Origin: Chitinophaga pinensis | GTDB lineage: Bacteria; Bacteroidota; Bacteroidia; NS11-12g; UBA955 | DNA: 64,000 bases | Assembly: GCA_945865625.1 (NCBI GenBank) | Contig: CAMBFD010000001.1 | Location: forward strand, 34,559-98,558 | Reading direction: 5' to 3' | Shown here: positions 1 through 10,031 of the stretch, one piece after another | Numbering within the stretch: position 1 is the first letter of the stretch | Layout of the letters: the number at the start of each line of letters is the position of its first letter | The notes under the pieces: model-generated | What the model was told of the DNA's origin: nothing | The model's input: only the letters and a program-made list of their open reading frames with translations | Database searches by the model: none | Made by a program: the position numbers and the translations under genes

Positions 1-38
1 CATCAAATTTGTTTAATTTGCAATAAATATTAGATACC

Positions 39-158
39 ATGAAAATTGCAAAGTTAATCGTCGTTGTTGGAATTGCCACTCTTTTTATCGCTTCTTGCGG
101 AACTTCTCGTAAAAATCAATGTCCTTCATTGGGTGCTAAAACCTACAAAACCCGTTAA
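39..158 (+). CDS. small lipoprotein (39 aa, below the ORF-track cutoff)
   Basis: Hand translation: MKIAKLIVVVGIATLFIASCGTSRKNQCPSLGAKTYKTR*. It has a basic N-terminus, a hydrophobic core and lipobox-like IASC (Cys20). The stop lies 9 nt before the next ATG. Confidence 0.75.
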   Translation: MKIAKLIVVVGIATLFIASCGTSRKNQCPSLGAKTYKTR

Positions 159-167
159 TCGCTGATT

Positions 168-506
168 ATGAATGTAAAATGGAAAACGTTAAATTCCATT
201 GATCAACTTCAGGAAATTATTCAATCTTCTGAAGTTAAACCGGCTGTTTTGTTTAAACATTCAACGCGTTGTTCTATTAGTACAATGGCAATGAATCGTT
301 TGCAAAACTTAGAAGATACATTTTACGATAAAGTAGATTTTTATTACTTAGATTTAATTGCTTTCAGAGATGTTTCAAATGCAATTGCATCAAAACTCGA
401 TGTTTACCATGAATCACCTCAAGTTATTTTTGTGAAAAAAGGTGAGTGTATCTACGATGCTTCACACATGGAAATTTCCCCAAAAGAACTTTACGAGTTC
501 TTATAA
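168..506 (+). CDS. ytxJ: bacillithiol system redox-active protein YtxJ family (monothiol thioredoxin-like)
   Basis: FKHSTRCSIS and HESPQ motifs, C-terminal ASH. Confidence 0.85.
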   Translation: MNVKWKTLNSIDQLQEIIQSSEVKPAVLFKHSTRCSISTMAMNRLQNLEDTFYDKVDFYYLDLIAFRDVSNAIASKLDVYHESPQVIFVKKGECIYDASHMEISPKELYEFL

Positions 507-509
507 TCA

Positions 510-908
510 ATGAAAAATATTTTTAAAGTTGGCGATGTTATGCATTTGCAACATTTAGTTGTGGATTCTGATTTAGCCACCTTTAATGACGAAAATATCC
601 ATCCTTTTTTTAGCACGTTTGCTCTTGGTAGAGAAGCCGAATGGGTTTGCCGTAAGTTTGTCTTACAAATGAAAGATGCGGATGAAGAAGGCATTGGTAC
701 TTTTTTAAATATTCGACATCTTTCACCTGCGTTTTTAGGAGATACCGTCGAATTTATTGCAACTGTAAGTGTTTTGGAGGGACATAGAATCGATTGCTCC
801 TTTGAAGCGAGAGTAGGAGATAGGATGGTTGCTGAAGGTGAACAAGGACAAAAAATCCTTAAGAAAGAGAAAGTAGAACGATTGATTCAACAGGTGAAGA
901 ATGGCTAA
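510..908 (+). CDS. hotdog-fold thioesterase, FlK-like
   Basis: FSTFAL..AE..C and GIGT....RHLSPA give the Thr/Glu/His pattern of FlK-type thioesterases. Confidence 0.7.
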   Translation: MKNIFKVGDVMHLQHLVVDSDLATFNDENIHPFFSTFALGREAEWVCRKFVLQMKDADEEGIGTFLNIRHLSPAFLGDTVEFIATVSVLEGHRIDCSFEARVGDRMVAEGEQGQKILKKEKVERLIQQVKNG

Positions 909-1353
909 AAAAGTTAAAAAAATTGAGATATTAAACAAGCGTGCTGGGTTTAATTTTCATATAGAAGACAAATACGAAGCCGGTATTCAGTTGGTTGGAA
1001 CAGAGGTGAAATCTATTCGGAATAACTCTGTAAATATGGGCGATGCTTATTGCTCAATGTACGCTGGCGAATTATTCTTGAAGAATATGCATATCTCCGA
1101 GTTTAGTTTTGCGAGTTATAACAGTCACGTTCCAATGCGCGATCGTAAATTACTCCTGAATAAAAAAGAATTGCGGAAAATTGAAATGAAAATTAAATCA
1201 AAAGGGTTTACAGTTTTTCCAATTCGCTTGTATGAAAATGAACGAGGGCTGTTTAAAATTGAAATCGGTTTGGGTCAAGGTAAGAAAACCTTCGATAAAC
1301 GCGATGATTTAAAGGCCAAGGATATCGCGAGAGACATTCAGCGATACATATAA
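901..1353 (+). CDS. smpB: SsrA-binding protein SmpB
   Basis: NKRA..YEAGIQLVGTEVKSIR, RDRKLLL, GKKTFDKRDDLK. Confidence 0.97.
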   Translation: MAKKVKKIEILNKRAGFNFHIEDKYEAGIQLVGTEVKSIRNNSVNMGDAYCSMYAGELFLKNMHISEFSFASYNSHVPMRDRKLLLNKKELRKIEMKIKSKGFTVFPIRLYENERGLFKIEIGLGQGKKTFDKRDDLKAKDIARDIQRYI

Positions 1354-2661
1354 TTAAAGAATCATCATTCGACTGTGTAATTGATTGTTTACAATTACAA
1401 AATAAATTCCAGGTGTTAAGCGAGAAATATTGATTGTTGTTTGATTTAAATTGATCCCATTGTTCTTCGTGAAAATGACTTTTGAAAACTGATCCAATAT
1501 TTTTACATCTTTGATATTTTCTGAATGTTTCACAATTAATTCTGTAGCGTTTTGAATCAAAATGGTTTTGATTTTATTCGGTGTTTGGATTTTGGGGATA
1601 TTTAAAACACTAAATACTTGAGAGAACGAATCGGTTCCACAAGCATTTTTAACCTTCAAATAAAGTTTAGAATTTGCCAATAATTTAATTGTGCCTAATT
1701 GGTATCCGGTTGCAAGATGTTTTACTTTTGAATTTTCTAATAAATACCAATTGTAATCACCACGAGGATCTATTTTTGTTGCAGTTGCAGATACACTAAA
1801 GGTATCACCAATTCTGCTCGATGTAAAAGTGAATTCAGTGGGCACCTTGCATGTGTCATGTTTCCAAATATTTAAGCTATCGAATAGAATTCTTTGTGAA
1901 TTTCTTGCAATAATTTTGTGATCGTCAGAAGTTACCGGACCTACAAAGCAATTCGACTTTAGGCTTTTGTGAAAAATGGTTTGATAAATTGTGACCGCCG
2001 CAAGGTGCGTCCCTTCATACGATGGATGACTGCCATCTCCTTGGTAAAGATTCATTTGAGAAGAATCTCTAGCAGCCTTCCAAACTGAATTTACAGGAGC
2101 TACCCAAGCATAATTATCTATTGCCATTTGGATGTATCTATCGTGAAGCAATTGATGCATTCCTTTAAAAGTACAAACTGGAGGCCAATTCACACAATTT
2201 TGAGCATCGCCATTTTGCCTGCCCCAAGTTGAATAAAATACGATTCGGGCAAACGGATTGTTTGCTCGAGCACTGTCTACCAATGTTTTTGCATATGGGT
2301 AGCAATCGCTTTCTACCTGACTTAATGGAAAGGATGGCAGTTGACTTTGTTCTTGCAACACAACTGCATCATAATTTTTTTGCTGAAATAAATTGGTCAC
2401 TAGAGGGTCGTTTGAATGTCCAGAAAACGTTCTTCCACCTGGTGTATATGCAATGACATCAAAAGTATCACCCTGGCTTTCACCAATTAATCGTAACCAA
2501 TTTGGCAAATCATTCACTGCGGTATAGCTATTGCCAATGAATAAAATGGATTTAATTTTTGCGTTTTGTGCAAATAATTGCCCCTGGTTCACTAAAATAT
2601 TTGCAATGATCGCCATTGAAAATAGTAAACTTTTAACGATATAAGAATAGATTTTTTTCAT
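1354..2661 (-). CDS. secreted SGNH/GDSL-type hydrolase with T9SS C-terminal sorting domain
   Basis: Signal peptide; LFIGNSYT block I; VVLQEQS; DGSHPS catalytic DxxH; C-terminal INISRLTPGIYFV resembles a T9SS CTD. Confidence 0.75.
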   Translation of the reverse strand: MKKIYSYIVKSLLFSMAIIANILVNQGQLFAQNAKIKSILFIGNSYTAVNDLPNWLRLIGESQGDTFDVIAYTPGGRTFSGHSNDPLVTNLFQQKNYDAVVLQEQSQLPSFPLSQVESDCYPYAKTLVDSARANNPFARIVFYSTWGRQNGDAQNCVNWPPVCTFKGMHQLLHDRYIQMAIDNYAWVAPVNSVWKAARDSSQMNLYQGDGSHPSYEGTHLAAVTIYQTIFHKSLKSNCFVGPVTSDDHKIIARNSQRILFDSLNIWKHDTCKVPTEFTFTSSRIGDTFSVSATATKIDPRGDYNWYLLENSKVKHLATGYQLGTIKLLANSKLYLKVKNACGTDSFSQVFSVLNIPKIQTPNKIKTILIQNATELIVKHSENIKDVKILDQFSKVIFTKNNGINLNQTTINISRLTPGIYFVIVNNQLHSRMMIL

Positions 2662-2664
2662 GGG

Positions 2665-4248
2665 TTATTTAGATATGAATTCTATACATTGAACGTTTGA
2701 ATTGATGATTTTTTTTAATTTATCTGCTGATAATGGGTTCTTCATAGCAATATGAGATAACTGAAAGAATTTACACAAATCGGCAAATTGATATGATTGG
2801 GGTGTTTCTATGAATGGTATCAATTTTGGTTCCCCTGAAGGACCATTGATCCAACTGAAAATTTGTCCACCACCATTATTGATAACAATGATTTTTAAAT
2901 TTTGAGGGAAGTGATTCGTCCACATGGCGTTAGAGTCATATAAAAATGAAATGTCGCCCAAAATGCAAATATTCTGTTTGTCAGGATTTGCAAGTGCAAA
3001 ACCCACAGCAGTGCTTAAACTTCCATCGATGCCACTGGTGCCTCGGTTGCAATAAATTTCCGACTTCGATTGTCCCACCCAAGAAGCATAGCGAATACTC
3101 ATAGAATTTCCGAAATGCAATACTGGAGAATCTTCATCCAAATCCATGATGGTTTTTACCAATAGATACTCAGATAAATAGTTGCTTGATAATTTTGATG
3201 TATTGGCGAGATATCCAAGATTTCCCCATAGGGTTAGGTAATCAGTATTTTCTGCACTATGCAGGTACAATGCTGTTAAAAAATCGGCATCGTGGTGATA
3301 AAGAATGGTAGGATTTGTTTGAAACGGATCTCCTACAGTTCCAGATTCACAAACATGAATGTGTTTGGGTTTATATTTTCTTAAAATTGTTTTTAATGGT
3401 TTACTGATGGTGGCCATTCCAATAGTGACAAGAATTTCAGGAACTAAATTCTCGGGAAAATCATTTGAACTGAGGGCTAAATCCCAATTTTGAATTCCAA
3501 ATTCAATTTGATGACTGCAAATATCTGTGAGAACTGGAATTTTATGTTGCAATAAAGACAGTGCTTCCGATAGTGATTGTGAAGGATGATGTTGCCCAAC
3601 AAGAACCAATATTTTGGAGGTTGTTTGGGGTATGGTTTCAAGAATAATTTCTGGAGTTACAGGTTTTTGGGTATTGTGTTTGAATATAAATGGTTGGCTC
3701 GGTTCAATGGAATGAAATGGATCAGATAATCCTTGATAAATTGGATCTTCAAGAGAAATATTGATATGAGTTGGTCCCGTCTTTGGAAAAAGTGAGGTTT
3801 CAACGGCCGCATAAATGGTTTTTTCGAGGGATATTTGATCGATTGAATGTCCCTCAATTTGAAAAAAATCTAAACAATGCGGTTGAAATAGGTTTTGTTG
3901 ATGAATGGTTTGCCCGTCCCATTGGTCGATTAAATTAGCTGGTCGATCTGCAGTAAGAACAATAAGGGGAGTTCTTTGGTAGAAGGCTTCGCAAACGGCT
4001 GGGTATAAATTAATTGCAGCTGTGCCAGAAGTGCAAATAACACCGGCTGGATATTGATTTTCTAGCGACATTCCTAGGGCAGCAAAAGCAGCAGCACGTT
4101 CATCAGGAAAACTATGTAAGGTAAATTGTCCATGTCGCAAGAAACTCGCCACAATGGGTGCATTTCTAGAGCCAGGACTAACGGCCCATTGGGTAATTCC
4201 AGCTTCGTAAAAAAGGGTTGCAATGAAGTCTAAATTTTCTCGAAGCAT
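2665..4248 (-). CDS. menD: SEPHCHC synthase MenD (menaquinone biosynthesis)
   Basis: SPGSRNAP, DERAAAFAALG, CTSGTA, LTADRP, NRGTSGIDG, GDISFLYD..NNGGGQIF ThDP-binding motif. Confidence 0.95.
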   Translation of the reverse strand: MLRENLDFIATLFYEAGITQWAVSPGSRNAPIVASFLRHGQFTLHSFPDERAAAFAALGMSLENQYPAGVICTSGTAAINLYPAVCEAFYQRTPLIVLTADRPANLIDQWDGQTIHQQNLFQPHCLDFFQIEGHSIDQISLEKTIYAAVETSLFPKTGPTHINISLEDPIYQGLSDPFHSIEPSQPFIFKHNTQKPVTPEIILETIPQTTSKILVLVGQHHPSQSLSEALSLLQHKIPVLTDICSHQIEFGIQNWDLALSSNDFPENLVPEILVTIGMATISKPLKTILRKYKPKHIHVCESGTVGDPFQTNPTILYHHDADFLTALYLHSAENTDYLTLWGNLGYLANTSKLSSNYLSEYLLVKTIMDLDEDSPVLHFGNSMSIRYASWVGQSKSEIYCNRGTSGIDGSLSTAVGFALANPDKQNICILGDISFLYDSNAMWTNHFPQNLKIIVINNGGGQIFSWINGPSGEPKLIPFIETPQSYQFADLCKFFQLSHIAMKNPLSADKLKKIINSNVQCIEFISK

Positions 4249-4259
4249 TGTGTGAGTAA

Positions 4260-4898
4260 TTAAATGAAAAATGGGTTCTGTGATTTTTCAGATTCTACGG
4301 TTGTATCGATTCCGTGACCTGGATAAAGAACATAATCATTTGGCAAACTGAAAATTTCGGATCTAATTTTTTCTAGAAGCAGTTCATGGTTTCCACCTGG
4401 TAGGTCTGTTCTACCAATACTTCCTTGAAAAATAGTATCGCCAACCACCACAAAATGATCTTTGTGGTTCACGAAAATCACATGACCAGGAGCATGTCCA
4501 GGTACGAAACGAACTTCAAATTTGTCATTTCCTACAGAAATAATATCTTGATGGTTTAAATGGTGATCTGGTAGGGGTGATGGTGTATAGTTGAGGTTCC
4601 AAAGTGCAGCCATGGTTTCACTTCTATCAATCATAATGATATCATCTTGATGGAGGTAGTAAGGGATATTGTATTCTTGTTTGATCCACCAATTTCCAAA
4701 AATATGGTCAATATGAGCATGGGTTCCAAGAAGAAATTTCGGTTTAAGGTTTAATTTTTCGATAAATGATTTAACCTGGAGATTATCATTTGAATCGTAA
4801 TTTCCGGCATCAACAATTACACATTCAAGGGTATCTTCACACCAAGCGATGTATGTGTTTTCTTCGAGTGGATTGAAGGTGAAACGGTGTAGTTTCAT
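4260..4898 (-). CDS. MBL-fold metallo-hydrolase (glyoxalase II/YcbL-like)
   Basis: THAHIDH, PGHAPGH, GDTIF, GRTDLPGG, PGHG. Confidence 0.9.
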   Translation of the reverse strand: MKLHRFTFNPLEENTYIAWCEDTLECVIVDAGNYDSNDNLQVKSFIEKLNLKPKFLLGTHAHIDHIFGNWWIKQEYNIPYYLHQDDIIMIDRSETMAALWNLNYTPSPLPDHHLNHQDIISVGNDKFEVRFVPGHAPGHVIFVNHKDHFVVVGDTIFQGSIGRTDLPGGNHELLLEKIRSEIFSLPNDYVLYPGHGIDTTVESEKSQNPFFI

Positions 4899-4905
4899 AT
4901 AAATA

Positions 4906-4913
4906 CAAAGGTA
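4906..4913 (-). promoter_or_regulatory. Bacteroidota -7 promoter element (TACCTTTG) for the MBL-menD operon
   Basis: Reverse complement of caaaggta, 7 nt upstream of the ATG. Confidence 0.6.
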
Positions 4914-4964
4914 ATGAAATAGAATTGTAAGTTTATATTTAGAGGGATAAATTAGGGCATTGGC

Positions 4965-4993
4965 AAAAAAAAAGCCCCTTAAAAGGGGCTTTT
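4965..4993 (-). terminator. Rho-independent terminator downstream of lpdA
   Basis: aaaagcccctt-aa-aaggggctttt hairpin; the A9 run is the U tract on the minus strand. Confidence 0.85.
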
Positions 4994-5015
4994 GATATTT
5001 GAGATATTGTTTAGA

Positions 5016-6404
5016 TTATAAATGGATACATTCGTCGTAAGCTTGCGCTACGGCTTCCATTACAGCTTCACTCATTGTTGGATGTGGATGGATAGATTTT
5101 AAGATTTCATGACCAGTTGTTTCAAGATTTCTTGCAACAACAGCTTCAATAATGATATCTGTTACACCTTCACCAACCATGTGGCAACCCAACCATTCTC
5201 CGTATTTCTTATCGAAGATTACTTTAACAAAGCCATCTTTAGCACCGCTAGCAGCAGCCTTTCCGCTTGCGCTGAAAGGAAACTTACCTATGCGAATTTC
5301 GTAGCCTTTTTCTTTAGCTTGAGCTTCAGTTAAACCAACACTTGCAACTTCAGGGTGGGTATAAGTACAACCTGGGATATTTCCATAGTTTAAAGCTTCA
5401 GGGTGGTGTCCAGCAATTGCTTCAACACAAATGATACCTTCGGCACTCGCTACGTGAGCCAATGCAGGGCCAGGTACGATATCACCAATGGCATAAACGC
5501 CAGGAGCAGAAGTATGATAGAATTCATCAACAACTACTTTACCTTTATCGGTTTTGATACCCATTTCTTCAAGGCCAAGGTTTTCAAGATTTGTTTGAAC
5601 TCCTGCAGCACTTAAAACGATATCACATTCGAGTTTTTCTTCTCCAGTTTTTGTTTTCACTGTTACAATACAACGATCGCCAACTACATTAACTTTTTCA
5701 ACGCTACTTTCGGTCATTAAAGTAATGCCTTTTTTCTTATAGATTGTAGCCATTGATTTAGAAACGTCTTCATCTTCTATTGGAAGAATGCGGTTCATAA
5801 ATTCAACGATAGTTACTTTTGTACCAATTGTATTATAGAAATATGCGAACTCCATACCAATAGCACCAGAACCAATGATAACCATTTCTTTAGGTTGTTT
5901 TGGCAATACCATTGCTTCGCGGTACCCAATTACGTGAGTTCCGTCCATTTTTACGTTAGGAAGTTCACGTGAACGTGTACCAGTAGCCAAAATGGTATGG
6001 TCAGCTTCAATAATTGAAGTTACACCTGCGGCATCGGTCACAGAAATTTTACCTTTACCTGCTAATTTAGCAGTTCCTTTGATGACTTCAATTTTATTCT
6101 TTTTCATCAAGAAGGCAATTCCTTTACTCATTCCATCAGCAACACCTCGGCTACGTTTGATCATGCCATCGAAGTCAGATTTGAAATCACCAACGGTAAT
6201 TCCATAATCAGCTGCGTGGTTGATATAATCAAAAACTTGGGCACTTTTTATAAGTGCTTTGGTTGGAATACAACCCCAGTTTAAACAAACACCGCCCAAG
6301 TCGGCTTTTTCGATGATGGCAACTTTTTTGCCTAACTGAGAAGCGCGGATGGCAGCTACGTAACCACCAGGTCCACTTCCGATGACAGCTATATCAAATT
6401 TCAT
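5016..6404 (-). CDS. lpdA: dihydrolipoyl dehydrogenase
   Basis: GSGPGGY, GGVCLNWGCIPTK redox disulfide, GSGAIG, HPHPTMSE. Confidence 0.97.
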   Translation of the reverse strand: MKFDIAVIGSGPGGYVAAIRASQLGKKVAIIEKADLGGVCLNWGCIPTKALIKSAQVFDYINHAADYGITVGDFKSDFDGMIKRSRGVADGMSKGIAFLMKKNKIEVIKGTAKLAGKGKISVTDAAGVTSIIEADHTILATGTRSRELPNVKMDGTHVIGYREAMVLPKQPKEMVIIGSGAIGMEFAYFYNTIGTKVTIVEFMNRILPIEDEDVSKSMATIYKKKGITLMTESSVEKVNVVGDRCIVTVKTKTGEEKLECDIVLSAAGVQTNLENLGLEEMGIKTDKGKVVVDEFYHTSAPGVYAIGDIVPGPALAHVASAEGIICVEAIAGHHPEALNYGNIPGCTYTHPEVASVGLTEAQAKEKGYEIRIGKFPFSASGKAAASGAKDGFVKVIFDKKYGEWLGCHMVGEGVTDIIIEAVVARNLETTGHEILKSIHPHPTMSEAVMEAVAQAYDECIHL

Positions 6405-6437
6405 GGTTATTTATGTTTTTGCGAATATAAGTTATTT

Positions 6438-8249
6438 TTATCCAAGTAAGGCTTTACTGCCCGCACGTTTACGTTCGTTTTCGTCAAGGATGATTTTTCT
6501 CAAACGAATATTCTCAGGTGTTACTTCTACATATTCATCCTCTTGAATGTATTCCATTGCCTCTTCTAAATTGAATTCTTTAGGTGGCGCCAAAACTGTA
6601 TTGTCGTCTTTTCCCGCAGCACGGAAGTTTGTCATTTGTTTTGCTGTGCACAAATTCAAAACCAAATCACCTGGTTTAATGTGTTCACCAACAATTTGGC
6701 CAGTGTAAATATCAGCACCAGGATGAATGAAGTAATTTCCGCGGTCTTTTAATTTATCCATACTATACCCAGTCGAAAATCCTTTTTCTTTAGAAATCAT
6801 AACTCCATTGATACGGGTTGGCATAGTTCCTTTCCAAGGTTCAAATGCTTTAAAGCGATGCGCCATAATGGCCTCACCTTGAGTGGCTGTAAGTAAGTTG
6901 TTTCTTAATCCCATCAAACCTCTTGAAGGAATTTCAAACTCTAATCTTACCATATCACCTTTAGGCACCATACTCAACATTTCGCCTTTGCGTTGGCTCA
7001 CATATTCAATCACTTTGCCACTGTGGTGTTCAGGTACGTCAACAGTTAAAATTTCAATTGGTTCATGTTTTTTGCCATCAATTTCTTTCAAAATAACACG
7101 TGGTTGACCTACTTGTAACTCGTAACCTTCTCTACGCATTGTTTCAACCAGAACGCCTAAGTGAAGAATACCCCTTCCAAAAACTAAGAATTGGTCTGCA
7201 CTGTTCGTGTCTTCTACTCTCAATGCCAAGTTTTTCTCAGTTTCTTTGTATAAACGCTCACGAATTTTTTGCGAAGTAACATGCTTTCCTTCTTTACCAA
7301 AGAAAGGAGAGTTGTTAATGGCAAACAACATACTCATTGTTGGCTCATCAATTTTCATTGTTGGCAATGCTTCTGGGTTTTCAAAATCGGCAATAGTATC
7401 GCCAATTTCAAAGTTTTCAATTCCTGTAATTGCGCAAATGTCTCCCGAAAAAACTTCTGCAGTTTTTAATTTACCAAGCCCGCTAAAGGTATAAAGTTCT
7501 TTAACACGTTGACGCTCAAGTTTTCCATCTCTTTTTACCAAAGTAATAGGCATGTTTTCTTTTAAATGTCCGCGTTTCAATCTACCAACGGCAATACGAC
7601 CGGTATAACTACTGAAATCTAAACTTGTAATTTGTAATTGAACTGTTCCTTCTTCAACGATAGGAGCAGGAATTACATCAATAATTGTATCCATCAAGAA
7701 AGATAAATCTTCCGTTGGGGTTCTAAAATCTGGTCCAAACCAACCATTTTTACCTGACCCGAAAACGGTTGTAAAATCCAATTGATCTTCGTTTGCTTCT
7801 AAATTGAAAAACAAATCGAAAATATCGTCATGGGTTTTGTCAGGATCACAGTTTGGTTTGTCTACTTTGTTAATTACAACAATCGGTTTTTTACCAAGAG
7901 CAAGTGCTTTTTGCAAAACAAATCGGGTTTGAGGCATTGGGCCTTCAAATGCATCAACTAGGAGCAATACACCATCACACATGTTTAACACACGCTCAAC
8001 CTCACCACCAAAATCGGCGTGACCAGGAGTGTCAATGATGTTGATTTTTGTATCTTTCCAAATAACACTCACGTTTTTAGCAAGAATGGTAATACCACGC
8101 TCACGCTCTAAATCGTTACTGTCGAGAATTAATTCTCCAACTTCTTGATTCTCACGAAAAAGTTGGGCTTGGTGAAGCATTTTGTCAACCAAAGTAGTTT
8201 TACCGTGGTCAACGTGTGCAATGATTGCAATGTTGCGCAGTGAAGACAT
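6438..8249 (-). CDS. typA: translational GTPase TypA/BipA
   Basis: AHVDHGKTT, RERGITI, DTPGHADF, NKVD, GRGILHL, EVTP..IRLRK. ATG at 8249 preferred over the upstream TTG. Confidence 0.97.
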   Translation of the reverse strand: MSSLRNIAIIAHVDHGKTTLVDKMLHQAQLFRENQEVGELILDSNDLERERGITILAKNVSVIWKDTKINIIDTPGHADFGGEVERVLNMCDGVLLLVDAFEGPMPQTRFVLQKALALGKKPIVVINKVDKPNCDPDKTHDDIFDLFFNLEANEDQLDFTTVFGSGKNGWFGPDFRTPTEDLSFLMDTIIDVIPAPIVEEGTVQLQITSLDFSSYTGRIAVGRLKRGHLKENMPITLVKRDGKLERQRVKELYTFSGLGKLKTAEVFSGDICAITGIENFEIGDTIADFENPEALPTMKIDEPTMSMLFAINNSPFFGKEGKHVTSQKIRERLYKETEKNLALRVEDTNSADQFLVFGRGILHLGVLVETMRREGYELQVGQPRVILKEIDGKKHEPIEILTVDVPEHHSGKVIEYVSQRKGEMLSMVPKGDMVRLEFEIPSRGLMGLRNNLLTATQGEAIMAHRFKAFEPWKGTMPTRINGVMISKEKGFSTGYSMDKLKDRGNYFIHPGADIYTGQIVGEHIKPGDLVLNLCTAKQMTNFRAAGKDDNTVLAPPKEFNLEEAMEYIQEDEYVEVTPENIRLRKIILDENERKRAGSKALLG

Positions 8250-8365
8250 GTTCAAATTAAAAATTGCGCAAATTTCGTGAATTTATATCATAACTCAATC
8301 TTTTTTAAGAATAATAATAAAAAAACAATAGTTATTTATCTTATTTGCTATTATTGTAATTCGCT

Positions 8366-9424
8366 ATGAATTTTATACCTTTTCGCTATATCATTTCATT
8401 ATTGCCAGCCGCTTCTGTGGCAGTTTCGTTTCAATCGCAAGGAATTATGACATGGTTTGCAGCGTTTTTTGTATTTGGTATCATTCCAATTCTCGAACTA
8501 ATTTTAAATCATGGTGGCAAATTTGGGAAAGACGATTTGTCTCAGAATGCAGTGAATCATAAAATGTATGATTTGGTCATTTATGCGGTGGTGCCCATTC
8601 ATTTGTTTTTTGTTTATTGGTATATTACCGATGCACATGCATCAATCAATCATTCTTACTTAGAGTTATTTGGAAAAGCTTTTGCTATGGGAATCATGTG
8701 TGGCACGTACGGAATTAATGTTGCCCATGAACTTGGTCATAGGCAAAATTGGCTAGATCAGTTTTTAGCGAAATTGCTGCTTTTAACCTCTTGTTATATG
8801 CAGTTTTTTATAGAACATAATCGAGGCCATCATAAATATGTTGGAACTCCTGAAGATCCTTCCTCCGGGCGCTACAACGAACCCATTTATTCGTTTTGGT
8901 TCAGGTCTATGTTTTTTGTATGGATTTCGGCGTGGAATTTAGAGTTCGAAAGGTTAAAACGATTGAAGTTGCCTAAATTTCATCCCTCAAATCAAATGTT
9001 GCAATTTCAGGGATTTCAGTTGTTGTTTTTAGGGGGGATTTATTATTTTGAGGGACTTGAGGTAGCAATATTGATGTGGCTCTCTGCTTTTATTGGTGCC
9101 ATTCTATTAGAAACCATAAATTACATTGAACATTATGGATTGGTAAGAAGAAAAACGGAAACGGGTATGTATGAAATTGTAACGGAAAAACATTCATGGA
9201 ATTCCAATCACATTATCGGTAGATTGTTGTTGTTTGAATTGTCGCGGCATTCCGACCATCATGCCAAATCGACCAAGAAATACCAAGAACTAAGGAGTAT
9301 TGAAAATGCTCCACAAATGCCAACAGGGTATCCTGGAATGATGGTTTTGAGTTTAATTTACCCTTTGTGGGTTAAAGTGATGAATCCTTTGGTGAAAAAA
9401 TTCAATTCAGAAAATGGACATTAA
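8366..9424 (+). CDS. alkB: alkane 1-monooxygenase (membrane non-heme di-iron)
   Basis: His boxes AHELGH, EHNRGHH, NYIEHYG, HSWN and RHSDHH; PQMPTGYP; several TM segments. Confidence 0.88.
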   Translation: MNFIPFRYIISLLPAASVAVSFQSQGIMTWFAAFFVFGIIPILELILNHGGKFGKDDLSQNAVNHKMYDLVIYAVVPIHLFFVYWYITDAHASINHSYLELFGKAFAMGIMCGTYGINVAHELGHRQNWLDQFLAKLLLLTSCYMQFFIEHNRGHHKYVGTPEDPSSGRYNEPIYSFWFRSMFFVWISAWNLEFERLKRLKLPKFHPSNQMLQFQGFQLLFLGGIYYFEGLEVAILMWLSAFIGAILLETINYIEHYGLVRRKTETGMYEIVTEKHSWNSNHIIGRLLLFELSRHSDHHAKSTKKYQELRSIENAPQMPTGYPGMMVLSLIYPLWVKVMNPLVKKFNSENGH

Positions 9425-9427
9425 ACG

Positions 9428-9925
9428 TTAAATTGTTTTTTGCATCCAAACCAAATCGAGCCAGCGGTCAAATTTATAACCTACTTCGTTCATTCTTCCT
9501 ACAATTTCAAATCCAAATTGTTTGTGAAATTCGATGCTGTTTTGGTTGCTCGCATCAATGCCTCCAATGAGAACATGAACATTGTTTTTGGTTGCTAAAT
9601 CGATTAGTTCAGTGAGTAATACTTTGCCAATTCCTTGTTTTTGAAATTCAGGATGAATGTAAATTGAATGCTCCATAGAAAATCGATAACCAACCTTAGG
9701 TCGGTATTGGGCATAACTCGCATAGCCCAAAATTTTGTCGCCATCTTTTGCCACAATCACAGGATAGTTTTGATTCAATTGGTTTTCAAACCACAATAAT
9801 TGTGCCTCTAAAGTGCGTTTTTCGATGTCATAAATGCATGTTTCATGAACAATATTATGATTTACAATTTCTAAAATTTGAGGGATGTCGGCTATAGTTG
9901 CTTCAACGATTTGAACCTTAGACAT
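9428..9925 (-). CDS. GNAT N-acetyltransferase, phosphinothricin/MnaT (YncA) family
   Basis: EHSIYIHP..QKQGIG, FHKQFGF, VGYKFDRWLD. Start moved to MSKV because a TACCTTCG -7-like element lies at 9930-9937. Confidence 0.88.
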   Translation of the reverse strand: MSKVQIVEATIADIPQILEIVNHNIVHETCIYDIEKRTLEAQLLWFENQLNQNYPVIVAKDGDKILGYASYAQYRPKVGYRFSMEHSIYIHPEFQKQGIGKVLLTELIDLATKNNVHVLIGGIDASNQNSIEFHKQFGFEIVGRMNEVGYKFDRWLDLVWMQKTI

Positions 9926-10015
9926 ACTGCGAAGGTAATGAATACAATTTAATGAAACTTCAATTTGCAAATTCTATAGCCTAAACAAATCTTACCTTAT
10001 CTAAACCCATTTTAT

Positions 10016-10023
10016 TACCTTTG
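10016..10023 (+). promoter_or_regulatory. Bacteroidota -7 promoter element (TACCTTTG) for prfC
   Basis: Exact TAnnTTTG 8 nt before the ATG. Confidence 0.6.
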
Positions 10024-10031
10024 CATTCCTT

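Noticed and set aside
901..1353. tmRNA gene or integrated element next to smpB
   Set aside because: smpB abuts the convergent hydrolase gene with no intergenic space and no att-like repeat.
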